From NCBI GenBank assembly GCA_002505185.1, contig DAUP01000074.1, forward strand, positions 1-48,271: 48,271 bases of DNA. Direction: 5' to 3'. Position 1 is the first letter of the stretch, and every line of letters starts with the position of its first letter. Shown here in pieces: positions 20,391 to 30,276 of this stretch. Position numbers and translations under genes: made by a program. This DNA is from Ferroplasmaceae archaeon UBA567. Its GTDB lineage: Archaea > Thermoplasmatota > Thermoplasmata > Thermoplasmatales > Thermoplasmataceae. The notes below the pieces were generated by a model, which ran no database searches, was not told the origin of the DNA, and saw only the letters and a program-made list of their open reading frames with translations.

Positions 20391-20501
20391 TTTACATATA
20401 ATGCATCTGCATAAATAAATATAATTGTCATGTATTATATATAGAGGGTGTAATGTAAAGCGATAAACAATATTTATATCCTTATGTTTAATTTATATTT
20501 T

Positions 20502-21020
20502 ATGGAAGAAAGGCTAAAAAGGCCATCATGGGACGAGTACTTTATGCGTATGGCGTATCTTGCAGCATCACGTTCCAACTGTACTAGAAGAAAGGTGGGG
20601 GCAGTTATTGTGCGGGATAATAATGTGCTTGCCACCGGGTATAATGGACCCCCGTCTCACACAGTAAACTGCGATATCGTAGGATGCATAAGGGATGAGT
20701 TAAATGTCCCATCAGGAGAAAGGCATGAACTGTGCAGGGGTTTGCATGCTGAACAGAATGCGATCATACAGGCAGCAGTTAATGGATCATCAATAAAGGG
20801 ATCAAAAATATATGTCACAACCCACCCCTGTGTTGTATGCTCCAAAATGATAATGAATTCAGACATAGAGGAAATAATATTTGCAGAGGGATACCCAGAT
20901 GACCTGGCAGAATTAATGTTGCTAGAAAGCAATATAAAGATACGGAAGTTTAACCTCACCGACAGGGAGGTAGAATCTATAATAGGAATATATTACACCC
21001 ATAAAACAGGGGAAGATTAG
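20502..21020 (+). CDS. dCMP deaminase / ComEB-family Zn deaminase
   Basis: RPSWDEYFM, RSNCTRRKVGAVIV, GYNG, HAEQNAI and PCVVC motifs. Start moved to ATG 20502. Confidence 0.93.
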   Translation: MEERLKRPSWDEYFMRMAYLAASRSNCTRRKVGAVIVRDNNVLATGYNGPPSHTVNCDIVGCIRDELNVPSGERHELCRGLHAEQNAIIQAAVNGSSIKGSKIYVTTHPCVVCSKMIMNSDIEEIIFAEGYPDDLAELMLLESNIKIRKFNLTDREVESIIGIYYTHKTGED

Positions 21021-21156
21021 ATCAATAATAATTATTCAACACAGGCTTACTCATATAATGTATTACAAATTTAATTGCTTTTTATTTTGAAAATTTTTAC
21101 TGGCCTGTTACATAATTATTTACAATTTTTATATTAAATAAAAGATAAAATAAATA

Positions 21157-21164
21157 TTTATATA
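21157..21164 (+). promoter_or_regulatory. TATA box of the hsp20 operon
   Basis: TTTATATA preceded by an A-rich BRE-like stretch, ~55 nt upstream of the SD-led hsp20 start. Confidence 0.6.
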
Positions 21165-21179
21165 TAAGTTAGCAATATA

Positions 21180-21206
21180 TAGTTAACAACTAAAGGTTGT
21201 TAACTA
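21180..21206. promoter_or_regulatory. Perfect 11-bp inverted repeat, probable heat-shock repressor operator
   Basis: TAGTTAACAAC-TAAAG-GTTGTTAACTA lies between the TATA box and the GGTGA SD of hsp20. Confidence 0.8.
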
Positions 21207-21217
21207 AGGTGATGATA

Positions 21218-21757
21218 ATGAATGGAAGAAGAGAGGATGACTGGGACGATATATTTAACGACATGTATGACGAGTTTGGGCTTGATATGAGAAAGATAAA
21301 CAAGGAAATGGCCAGATTTTGGGAATCAATAATGAAAGGCGACATAAACAGCAAGATCGTGGGTCCCTATGTGTATGGATTCAGCTACAAAATAGGCCCG
21401 GATGGAAAACCAGTATTCCAGGAATTCGGCAACGTTCCAAGAACTGGAATAGGTACCAGGAAGGATACACAGGAAGGGTTCAGGGAACCACTCACTGACA
21501 TCAATGAAGACAAAGAAAATGTCTATATAACATACGAATTACCAGGAGTTGAAAAAAATGACATAAATCTGGTTGTAAATGAAAACAACATAGAACTTAA
21601 GGTTGACAAGGGAACAAGGAAATATTATAAGAACATAGAATTCAACACAGGCGTGGATATAGACACTGTCATAGCGAAATTCACCAATGGAATACTGGAC
21701 ATAACAATTAAAAAATTGAACAGCAAAAATGGTGGCAGAGCTGTGAAAATAGATTAA
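21218..21757 (+). CDS. hsp20: Small heat-shock protein Hsp20 (archaeal type)
   Basis: GPYVYGFSYKIGPDGKPVFQEFGNV, REPLTDI, ELPGVEK, AKFTNGILDI and a C-terminal VKID. GGTGA SD supports ATG 21218. Confidence 0.95.
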   Translation: MNGRREDDWDDIFNDMYDEFGLDMRKINKEMARFWESIMKGDINSKIVGPYVYGFSYKIGPDGKPVFQEFGNVPRTGIGTRKDTQEGFREPLTDINEDKENVYITYELPGVEKNDINLVVNENNIELKVDKGTRKYYKNIEFNTGVDIDTVIAKFTNGILDITIKKLNSKNGGRAVKID

Positions 21758-21787
21758 ATATATTTTCTTAATTTTTTGGGTGTTTTT

Positions 21788-22369
21788 ATGGATGAAGATT
21801 TATGGTCTATTTTGATTGCGCTGGAAAACAATACCAGGCGAGAAATGTTAAAAACACTCGCAAATTATGATTCATATGGCCTTGAACTGAGCAAGATGAT
21901 AGGAGTGTCACAGCAGGCTATCAATAAACAGTTGGAAATTCTTGAAAAACTTGGATTAATATCTACAAATGGCAGCATGCCGTCAACCATGGGTCCACCC
22001 AGAAAAGTATACAGGTCCATGGGGTTCTCTACCATTACTATAGATTATTCCAGAAATTTCATGAGTATAAAAAAAATGGATATTGACTATGACAATGATA
22101 ATGTTGATGGAGACAATTCAGACCTGGTGCACGAACTTGATGTTTTGAACCATGAGATCAACCAAATAGACAGAAAAAGAAATTTAATGACGGCTAAAAA
22201 GGATATGATAATAGGAAGATTAAAGGAAAAAGCAGCCGGATATGATAATTTTTACAGGAAAATTATATACGAGTACCTTGAAACCATGGACAGCTCAACA
22301 GTATCCCAGAACACGGGCGTTCCTGTAGAGATGGTTGAAAGGATAATAAATGATTTTTTGTCTGAATGA
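21788..22369 (+). CDS. ArsR-like wHTH regulator of the Phr/HSR1 (COG1777) heat-shock repressor type
   Basis: LENNTRREMLKTL...ELSKMIGVSQQAINKQLEILEKLGLI...GPPRKVY, then a coiled coil; directly downstream of hsp20. Confidence 0.8.
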   Translation: MDEDLWSILIALENNTRREMLKTLANYDSYGLELSKMIGVSQQAINKQLEILEKLGLISTNGSMPSTMGPPRKVYRSMGFSTITIDYSRNFMSIKKMDIDYDNDNVDGDNSDLVHELDVLNHEINQIDRKRNLMTAKKDMIIGRLKEKAAGYDNFYRKIIYEYLETMDSSTVSQNTGVPVEMVERIINDFLSE

Positions 22370-22485
22370 AAAAATATTTTTCTTAAATATTTGCACATAA
22401 CTGGGAAGCATTCTCCTCATATCAGTATAGGGTGTTTTCCAATAATGGGTGTTAAAAGTTATATATATTTTAAATATACATATAT

Positions 22486-22902
22486 ATGAAGGTATCATTT
22501 AAATTTGACAAGGATGTTGGATTTGTATCAGATGACGGCAAAAAAGAGATAAAATTCAAGAATTCTATAGTTGGCAATGACCAGTACCATTCACCAACTG
22601 AAATGTTGCTACTGGCCATGGGTGGATGCAGCAGTGATGATGTGTTGAATATTCTAAAAAAAATGAGAAAGGAAATAAGAAGCTACAGGTGTGAAGTTTC
22701 CGGTGAGAAGAGAGATACGGATCCCAAGATGTTAAAATACGGAGAAATACACTACATATTTGAGGGTGATGTGGATCCTGAATCGGTAAAAAAGGCTATT
22801 GACCTGTCACTGGAGAAATATTGCTCTGTATCACTGACCGTGAAAAACGCAGGCATTCCGGTTTCCTCTTATTATACAATAAATGGAAAGGATTATCGTT
22901 AA
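22486..22902 (+). CDS. OsmC-family protein
   Basis: SPTEMLLLAMGGC and LSLEKYCSVS two-Cys motifs. Confidence 0.9.
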   Translation: MKVSFKFDKDVGFVSDDGKKEIKFKNSIVGNDQYHSPTEMLLLAMGGCSSDDVLNILKKMRKEIRSYRCEVSGEKRDTDPKMLKYGEIHYIFEGDVDPESVKKAIDLSLEKYCSVSLTVKNAGIPVSSYYTINGKDYR

Positions 22903-23912
22903 TTCTTTAATCCGTTTCCTGTAAGCACCAGCATCGAAGAACCTTCAGGATGATATTTTTCATAGGCAGCAAAAACTGTGGCGGAACTGTATTCTGTGTA
23001 GAAACCCTTCATTGCCAGGTCTTTTCTTGCTTTTATTATCTCGTTTTCAGATACAGATATGCACATATTTCCACTTTCCATTATACGCACCATATATTTC
23101 ATCAGTAGTGGACGCTTCGAAACAAGTGCATCAGCTATGGATGAAAGGTTATTGTCTGGATTATATTTATTTCCATTTACCAGTGAACACAGTGGTGATA
23201 TATTCTCTGGCTGCACTCCCACTATCACGGGCAATTTTGTAATTTCACCGGAATTGTAAAGATGCATTAATCCGCTGTGAAGCCCGGAAAGCAATGTGCC
23301 TGCAGAAATAGGCACAAATATGTTGTCGGGCATCTTCCCCTGGAGAAAAATCTCATAGGCCAGTGTGCGTATCCCATCCCTGAATTCCGGATTTAATATG
23401 TGGGAAGCGTAAAATCCTGGAGCATTTTCTGCCTCCTCCTGAACATGGTCACGTGACCCGTTTACCTTTATTATGTGTGCCCCATAGCTTTCTATCTGAT
23501 TCAATTTTTTTGGATTGGCATTAGAAGGAACGTAGATACTGGTTTCGAAACCAGCCCTGGCCCCGTATGCTGCTATTGATGACCCCGCGTTTCCTGAGGA
23601 ATCTTCATTTATTTTCTCTATATTGAGCTCTTCCCTTTTTGAATACATATAGGATATCAAATTTCTTGCGCCACGGTCCTTATAGGAATATGTAGGGGAG
23701 AAATAATCAAGTTTGAATAAAAGATTGCCATTAATTTTTACTATTGGAGTTTGAACTTCTCCAAGTGTTACCCAGTCAGATACATAATCAAAATTTTTAT
23801 CTATCTTTTCCGTGAACTTCTTTTCTGGAATAATTTCAAAGGGTTCGTTGCATTGCCTGCATCTAAGCTCGTGTCCAATTCTAGGATGGCCATTAAGGCA
23901 TACTGTGATCAT
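22899..23912 (-). CDS. thrC: Threonine synthase-like PLP-dependent enzyme
   Basis: N-terminal Zn-ribbon-like Cys, TLGEVQTP, FKLDYFSPTYSYKDRG (PLP Lys), DSSGNAG and LTGNGLK. Start moved to ATG 23912. Confidence 0.8.
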   Translation of the reverse strand: MITVCLNGHPRIGHELRCRQCNEPFEIIPEKKFTEKIDKNFDYVSDWVTLGEVQTPIVKINGNLLFKLDYFSPTYSYKDRGARNLISYMYSKREELNIEKINEDSSGNAGSSIAAYGARAGFETSIYVPSNANPKKLNQIESYGAHIIKVNGSRDHVQEEAENAPGFYASHILNPEFRDGIRTLAYEIFLQGKMPDNIFVPISAGTLLSGLHSGLMHLYNSGEITKLPVIVGVQPENISPLCSLVNGNKYNPDNNLSSIADALVSKRPLLMKYMVRIMESGNMCISVSENEIIKARKDLAMKGFYTEYSSATVFAAYEKYHPEGSSMLVLTGNGLKN

Positions 23913-23954
23913 AAAATAAGAATACAACAAAAAATAAAATACTATGCAAAAAAT

Positions 23955-24066
23955 AACCCGTTGGGATGAAATCCTGGAGTCTTTACGGCTGGGACAATAT
24001 CTAACCTAACGCCTTATACCCGACATTCTTGCCTACTTGAAGGGTGGATTCCTGCTCATGGATCCA
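23955..24066 (-). ncRNA. Candidate structured non-coding RNA (~110 nt), family not recognised
   Basis: About 50% GC (hand count) inside an AT-rich spacer, with no convincing ORF. On the minus strand: TATA-like TTAATAA ~25 nt upstream, U-rich tracts just downstream, and several hairpins. Confidence 0.5.
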
Positions 24067-24105
24067 TAAAAATAATCTTCCTTTTATTATTAACTCAGAT
24101 AAGAT

Positions 24106-24627
24106 TTAGAGTGTTAGATACATCCTCTTTTCATCGAAATATTTATTTCCTCTCTTAATAGCATTATGGAGTATTCCATATTCTATGAATCCCATGTCCT
24201 CATATAGGGAAATCGCCTTTTGATTTCCAGTAAATACACCCAAAATAAGCATCTCAAAATTGCCTTTACACTGTTCTATAGTCTTTTTCATGAGCATTTT
24301 TCCAATTCCTCTACCGCGGTACTCCTTCCTGATTGCAATTCCCAATGATCCTATGTGCGAAACTTCATAACCGGGCATGACCCTGTGGACATCACAGAAA
24401 CCAATTGCCTTCCCATCTTCTTCCGCGACCATCCCTATTACATCTCCACTGATAACGCCCTTGAAAATGTTTGAAAACCATTCAACCTCATATTCAAAAG
24501 CCGGTTTTGAGTGATAGAAGACAAGCCCCAGCTCAGGAGTTTCGCTTCTGACTTCATCGTAGTATGAATAATAATTATCGACCAGCTGATTCATATCGGC
24601 CCACTTGAGTCCGCGTATTAAAACCAT
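24106..24627 (-). CDS. GNAT-family N-acetyltransferase
   Basis: LGIAIRKEYRGRGIGKMLM acetyl-CoA motif and NQKAISLYEDMGF. The 53-aa N-terminal extension in the ORF track looks spurious; start moved to ATG 24627. Confidence 0.9.
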   Translation of the reverse strand: MVLIRGLKWADMNQLVDNYYSYYDEVRSETPELGLVFYHSKPAFEYEVEWFSNIFKGVISGDVIGMVAEEDGKAIGFCDVHRVMPGYEVSHIGSLGIAIRKEYRGRGIGKMLMKKTIEQCKGNFEMLILGVFTGNQKAISLYEDMGFIEYGILHNAIKRGNKYFDEKRMYLTL

Positions 24628-24872
24628 ATAGAGATGAATCCTGCTACGTATATGAAGATTTTCAGTTATATCAAGATTCAGAAAACACCCAATACTGAAA
24701 TGTGAAAATGAGCAAATAATGCATAATAAGCTAACTTGCCATATATAAATACTGTATTGAAAAAAATATGGGAATGGTATTCCCAAATATATTCATTAGA
24801 TGGAATTGCCATCCCAGGTGGCACCTCTGCTGGTTGAAATTGGAAGCCAATGGCTTCAGTTTAGAAAGGATA

Positions 24873-27071
24873 TCACAGGGACGAGTAGTATGCTTCATCG
24901 TAAGGCTCAGGTTTGAGACCTTTCCTTTCCCTGATCTTTGCAACGATTCCGGACTGAAGTTCGTATGGAACACGCTGGTACCCAGAGTTTTCAGAACTCC
25001 ATATGGCCTTTCCGCCTGTTGCACTTCTTATTGCAGATGCAAATCCTATCATACCTGAAACAGGGGCGTTTGCAACAACTGTGATTTCCTCTCCATTTTG
25101 CTGCATATCCTCAACCACACCACGCCTCTGCTGGAGTTCACTGGTAACTGGACCCATTAATTCCTGGGGTACACTGATGTATACCTTCTGCATTGGCTCC
25201 AGTAGAACCCTGCCAGCCTGGCACATGGCACCGTATATTGAGTTTCTCCCGGCCGGTATAACCTGCGCAGGCCCTCTATGTATACTGTCTTCGTGCAACT
25301 TTGCATCCATTAAACTTACCTTGAGGCCGTATACCTTCTCATTTGCCAGTGGCCCTTTGTTAAGTGACTCATCAAAAGATTCTATAAGAAGTTCCATTGT
25401 TTCATCCAGATACTGTATTCCCTTTGTCATATCCAGAAGGAGATTAGCACCATGAATAGATACCAGACCTCTGGCCTCATTATGGTCCAGTCCGGCTTCT
25501 TCAAGTGTTGCCATTACAGCCTTCTTATCCTTTATTTTTGACCCGTCAGGTACTTTCCCATCCAGTATGGCCTGAACAACGCCTTCTGGGAGCGGTTCAA
25601 CCTTGAAATAGAACCTGTTATGCTTATTGGGTGATTTTCCCTCAAATGGCCCACCAGTTTTGTCCACAGTTTCCCGGTAAACTACAAGTGGTGCGGAGGT
25701 TACAACGTCTACATGGTAATCGTTTTTTATCCTGTACAGAGTAATTTCCAGATGCAATTCTCCCATACCGGAAATAAGATGTTCCCCTGTTTCCTGATTT
25801 ATATCTACCTGTATGGATGGATCTGCCTTGGAGACTGATCTCAGTACATCAATTAGCTTCGGAAGGTCGGCTGTGTGTTTAGCCTCTATTGCCAGGGTAA
25901 CTACTGGATCAGAGTAATGTGACATGGGTTCGAAATCTTCCATATTCTGTAACGAAGAAACTGTTGAACCGGCTATTGCCCCCTTTAATCCCACAACGGC
26001 TGCAATATTTCCTGCCGCTATTTCATCTATGGATATCCTGTCAGGACCGACCATCATTGATAATAATTGCACCTTAGATTTCCCTGCGCCTGTTACATAA
26101 AGTTCAGCACCCTTTCTTATTATCCCGGAGAACACTCTTCCAACTGCTATCTCTCCTGCATGTGGGTCTATAAGAATTTTTGTTATCATCATGCTTATGG
26201 GGCCGTTGTCATCACATTTTTCCATTGCCTTTCCGATTTCGCTGTTAAGATCTCCGTGCCAGATCTGAGGAATCCTGTATTTCTGTGCCACTGCCGGATT
26301 CGGAAGGTTTTTTATTACCATGTCTAGAACCACCTTATGAATGGGTGCTTTTTTGGCAAGTTCCTTCTGTTTTCCTGCGCCTACAAGATCAACTATATCC
26401 TTAAATGTTACCTTGAATAATCCCATTGCGGGTACCGATAGTGCCCAGTTATGATAAGCGGAACCGAAAGCAACTGTTCCGTTTTTAACGTTTACGAGCC
26501 ATGAATCTGCAAACTCCTTGGGTGCGTATTTTGTTATAAGCCTGTTTACATCTGTTATAACCTTTATAAAACGCTTCTGCATTTCATCCCCGTTTAATTT
26601 TAGCTCATTGATAAGCCGGTCTACCTTATTGATAAACAAAACGGGTTTAACTCTTTCCTTCAGGGCCTGCCTTACCACAGTTTCTGTCTGCGGCATTACA
26701 CCTTCAACTGAATCAACAACTATTACTGTACCGTCAACCGCCCTCATGGCCCTTGTCACGTCACCGCCGAAGTCCACGTGTCCCGGCGTATCTATAAGAT
26801 TAATAAGGTATTCCTGTCCATCAACCTCATGAACCATGGAAGCATTTGCGGCATTTATGGTTATTCCCCTAGCCTGTTCCTGTACGTCATAATCCAGCAA
26901 CAACTGCTTACCTGCCAGTTCCTCGCTCATCATGCCTGCACCGGCAATAAGGTTATCACTCAATGTGGTTTTACCATGATCTATATGAGCGGCAATATCT
27001 ATATTCCTGATAAGCTCTGGATGTTCTACTAATTTCATTGCTTTTGCAACATTTTCTTCTTTTCGACCCAT
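24873..27071 (-). CDS. fusA: Translation elongation factor 2 (aEF-2)
   Basis: AHIDHGKTT, RGITI, DTPGHVDF, NKVD, and the DSIHRGPAQ diphthamide-His loop. Confidence 0.99.
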   Translation of the reverse strand: MGRKEENVAKAMKLVEHPELIRNIDIAAHIDHGKTTLSDNLIAGAGMMSEELAGKQLLLDYDVQEQARGITINAANASMVHEVDGQEYLINLIDTPGHVDFGGDVTRAMRAVDGTVIVVDSVEGVMPQTETVVRQALKERVKPVLFINKVDRLINELKLNGDEMQKRFIKVITDVNRLITKYAPKEFADSWLVNVKNGTVAFGSAYHNWALSVPAMGLFKVTFKDIVDLVGAGKQKELAKKAPIHKVVLDMVIKNLPNPAVAQKYRIPQIWHGDLNSEIGKAMEKCDDNGPISMMITKILIDPHAGEIAVGRVFSGIIRKGAELYVTGAGKSKVQLLSMMVGPDRISIDEIAAGNIAAVVGLKGAIAGSTVSSLQNMEDFEPMSHYSDPVVTLAIEAKHTADLPKLIDVLRSVSKADPSIQVDINQETGEHLISGMGELHLEITLYRIKNDYHVDVVTSAPLVVYRETVDKTGGPFEGKSPNKHNRFYFKVEPLPEGVVQAILDGKVPDGSKIKDKKAVMATLEEAGLDHNEARGLVSIHGANLLLDMTKGIQYLDETMELLIESFDESLNKGPLANEKVYGLKVSLMDAKLHEDSIHRGPAQVIPAGRNSIYGAMCQAGRVLLEPMQKVYISVPQELMGPVTSELQQRRGVVEDMQQNGEEITVVANAPVSGMIGFASAIRSATGGKAIWSSENSGYQRVPYELQSGIVAKIRERKGLKPEPYDEAYYSSL

Positions 27072-27155
27072 TAACAACACCGTTTAAATTTTATAATACT
27101 GTATCAAAAATCATTATTTAATAATTATTAAAAATTATTAGAAAACAGAAATAAT

Positions 27156-27467
27156 TTAGCTTTTTATCTGAATTTCTATTCTTACACCATCGGGTATAGA
27201 TATTCTCATGAGTTGCCTCAGAGTTCTTTCATCAGCATCTACATCCATAAGGCGTTTGTGTACTCTCATTTCCCAGCGGTCCCATGTGGGAGAACCCTCT
27301 CCATCAGGACTCTTTCTCAGGGGAACTTTGAGTTTCTTTGTAGGCAATGGAACTGGGCCGTGTATTTCAACACCAGTTCTTTTGGCTATAGCTTTGATCT
27401 CGTTGCAAACAACGTCAACTATTTGATTTTCAGTGCCACTCAGTGAAATCCTTGCTTTATATGCCAT
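27156..27467 (-). CDS. rps10: 30S ribosomal protein S10
   Basis: [25 protein letters not shown] motifs. Confidence 0.99.
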   Translation of the reverse strand: MAYKARISLSGTENQIVDVVCNEIKAIAKRTGVEIHGPVPLPTKKLKVPLRKSPDGEGSPTWDRWEMRVHKRLMDVDADERTLRQLMRISIPDGVRIEIQIKS

Positions 27468-27473
27468 ATCTCA

Positions 27474-28754
27474 TCACGCTACTGTAGCCTTTTCAAGGTC
27501 TATGCACTGACCGGCTGCAACGGTCATGCCCATATCCCTTATTGCGAATCTTCCCAGCTGCGGGAATTCTGATACCTTTTCGATTACAAGGGGTTTGTCA
27601 GGTATAACCTTGACTACAGCTATGTCTCCTGCTTTTATGAAATCCGGTTTGTCCTTAAGGGTTGTTCCATCCTTTGGGTTTATTGTTTTTATTATTTCCT
27701 CAAATCTGCATGCCACCTGTGCTGTATGCACATGGAATACAGGTTTGTATCCAGCCGCTATGACACTTGGATGCTGAAGGACAACTATCTGTGCTGTGAA
27801 TGATTTTACTACAGTAGGCGGTGCTGAAACTGGTCCGCAGACATCTCCTCTCTTAAGGTCGTTCTTTGCTATTCCCCTTACGTTGAATCCTATATTGTCA
27901 CCGGGCTCGGCTCTTTGCATTGCGGTGTGGTGCTCCTCTATTGATTTAACTTCTCCTGACTTGTTTGCAGGGAGGAATATGACCTTGTCGTTTATTTTAA
28001 TAACGCCAGTTTCGACTCTTCCTACTGGAACTGTTCCTATACCTGTTATGGAGTATACATCTTCTACAGGTATCCTGAGTGGTTTGTCCGTTGGCTTTGG
28101 AGGTACCTTAAGGTTATTAAGTGCTTCCATGACTGTTGGGCCTTTCCACCATGACAGGTTTGCGCTGGCCTTCATAATATTGTCTCCCTTATAACCGCTC
28201 ATGGGTATAATGGGGACATCTCTGAATCCGATTGGGGTAAGCAATTTGGTAACCTGTTCCTTAACTTCGTTGAATCTTTTTTCGCTGAAGGGCGGTTGAG
28301 TTGAGTCCATCTTGTTAATTGCAACTATAAGCTGCGAGACACCAAGTGTTCTGGCAAGGAAAGCATGCTCTCTTGTTTGTGCCATTACACCCTCTCCTTC
28401 TCTTGCTGAAACAACAAGAACTGCAGCATCTGCCTGGCTGGTTCCAGTAATCATGTTTTTGACAAAGTCCCTGTGTCCCGGTGCATCAATAATAGTAAAG
28501 TAGTACTTGTCTGTCTGGAACTTTCTATGGGTAAGGTCTATTGTAACTCCTCTTTCTCTTTCTTCCTTAAACCGATCCATGACCCATGCAAACTCGAATG
28601 TTGCCTTTCCCTTCTCTTCTGACTCTTTCTTGTACTCATCTATTATGTGCTGTGGAATCTCTCCGTGCTCGAACAATAATCTCCCGACGAAGGTAGACTT
28701 CCCATGATCGACATGCCCTATTATAACTAAGTTCATATGTGGTAATTCTGCCAT
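27474..28754 (-). CDS. tuf: Translation elongation factor 1-alpha
   Basis: [46 protein letters not shown] motifs. GGTGA SD upstream. Confidence 0.99.
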   Translation of the reverse strand: MAELPHMNLVIIGHVDHGKSTFVGRLLFEHGEIPQHIIDEYKKESEEKGKATFEFAWVMDRFKEERERGVTIDLTHRKFQTDKYYFTIIDAPGHRDFVKNMITGTSQADAAVLVVSAREGEGVMAQTREHAFLARTLGVSQLIVAINKMDSTQPPFSEKRFNEVKEQVTKLLTPIGFRDVPIIPMSGYKGDNIMKASANLSWWKGPTVMEALNNLKVPPKPTDKPLRIPVEDVYSITGIGTVPVGRVETGVIKINDKVIFLPANKSGEVKSIEEHHTAMQRAEPGDNIGFNVRGIAKNDLKRGDVCGPVSAPPTVVKSFTAQIVVLQHPSVIAAGYKPVFHVHTAQVACRFEEIIKTINPKDGTTLKDKPDFIKAGDIAVVKVIPDKPLVIEKVSEFPQLGRFAIRDMGMTVAAGQCIDLEKATVA

Positions 28755-29000
28755 TTTCTTTCACCTTTAACTAGGATTAGTAATCCTTTCTTTACCATAT
28801 AATACTTTAATATTTAAATATCTTTCTTTATCAATTGTCCATTAATTCAATATACTCTTATCCTCTAATATATAGGGCAAGGGGCAAATTTAATGCTCCC
28901 TTTGAGATGCCCTGGCATTCAACATGTGAGAAATTTAAAAACCTGGGTTAATTTTTAGATTTTTTGATAATAAATATATACTAATTTAAAATAAGGCTCT

Positions 29001-29315
29001 ATGGATTCCAAATTTAATATTATTTCAAAGGACAAGGATTCAATTAAAGTGGAAATGATAAATTATGACAATACCCTTTTAAGGCCACTGGCCGAAGAAA
29101 TACTGAAAGATGATAAGGTTGTAGAGTCATATTATTATATAAAGCATCCAGATATAGACAACCCACAAATTTATGTTAAGGTCAGCACCGGAAAACCCCA
29201 GGCAGCCATTAAAAGAACCATAAAACGCATGAATAAACTTTATGAATCATTGTATACAGAACTGCAGAAAGAACTTGGAAAAACTGAAAGCAGTACAGAA
29301 AAAAATGAGCAGTAG
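29001..29315 (+). CDS. rpoL: DNA-directed RNA polymerase subunit L (Rpo11)
   Basis: DNTLL..L...ILKD..V....Y.IKHP....P.IYV pattern, and the size fits. Confidence 0.88.
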   Translation: MDSKFNIISKDKDSIKVEMINYDNTLLRPLAEEILKDDKVVESYYYIKHPDIDNPQIYVKVSTGKPQAAIKRTIKRMNKLYESLYTELQKELGKTESSTEKNEQ

Positions 29316-30276
29316 ATATATTTTAGAGATATCCGGTGAAAATATTGAGATTGCCCGTACCGAAATAAAATGTCTCCAGGAAACCTACGGGGATTTTCAG
29401 ATAATTTATCTGGAAAATAAATTTATAGTGATAGATGGAAACCCGGATAGGGCAATGAATTCTGCATTTACCAATTATATATCCCGAATCGTTGAAGAAA
29501 ATGATTATTACGATAATTTTTTGGGATCCGGAATGCCGGAGGGCCTTTTTTATGTGAGAGTTATTGGAAAACCAAAGACAGAAACAGAAAAGCTCGAATC
29601 AGAAATAGGCAAAAACCTTGGTGGCCATGGAAGAATATCCTTTAAGAACCCAGATTTCAGGGTCAGGGCTATTTTCATTGATAAATGGTATCTCTGCATT
29701 CTTATATATGAAAGGGATAAAAAAAGGTTTGAGGAAAGAAGAGCCCCTATGAGACCTTTTTTTTCTCCTGTTTCCCTTCATCCCAAATATGCCAGATATC
29801 TTGTTAACACCTCAGGGACTGTTGAAGGTGATACAGTCCTTGATCCATTCTGCGGGACAGGTGGCATACTGATAGAAGCGTCCATGCTCGGCAGAAAAAT
29901 TATAGGAAATGATTCGTCACTTAATATGGTTATGGGCACAAAATTGAATTTTAAATATTTCGGCATAGAGGATTACAAAATGTATAATTTGGACATTGCA
30001 GAACTTTCAATAGATAAAAGGGTAGATGGCATAGTTACGGACATGCCCTACGGAAGAAGCTCTGGCATTAACAATCATGACATAGTGGAGTTGTATAAGG
30101 AATCGTTTATTAAATTCAATGAACTACTGAAAAGCAGTGGCAAATGCTCAATAATAGTAAACAATATCCAGTTTCTGGATTATGCACGGGACTATTTCAA
30201 TATAGAAAAAATAGTGCCTGTGTACCAACATAAATCCCTGATAAGGCAATTTGTAATTTTGTCTAAAGTTAATTAA
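29305..30276 (+). CDS. tRNA (guanine-10-N2) methyltransferase, Trm11/TrmG10 type
   Basis: THUMP-like N-terminus, RPFFSPVSLHPKYAR, DPFCGTGG and TDMPYGR. Start moved to ATG 29305, overlapping rpoL. Confidence 0.9.
   Translation: MSSRYILEISGENIEIARTEIKCLQETYGDFQIIYLENKFIVIDGNPDRAMNSAFTNYISRIVEENDYYDNFLGSGMPEGLFYVRVIGKPKTETEKLESEIGKNLGGHGRISFKNPDFRVRAIFIDKWYLCILIYERDKKRFEERRAPMRPFFSPVSLHPKYARYLVNTSGTVEGDTVLDPFCGTGGILIEASMLGRKIIGNDSSLNMVMGTKLNFKYFGIEDYKMYNLDIAELSIDKRVDGIVTDMPYGRSSGINNHDIVELYKESFIKFNELLKSSGKCSIIVNNIQFLDYARDYFNIEKIVPVYQHKSLIRQFVILSKVN

Noticed and set aside
23955-24066. 5S rRNA, tRNA, TPP riboswitch or rpl39e identity for the GC-rich element
   Set aside because: The conserved motifs of each are missing (no CCGAAC loop, no cloverleaf or TTC loop, no CUGAGA, and in-frame stops in the MSRNPP frame).
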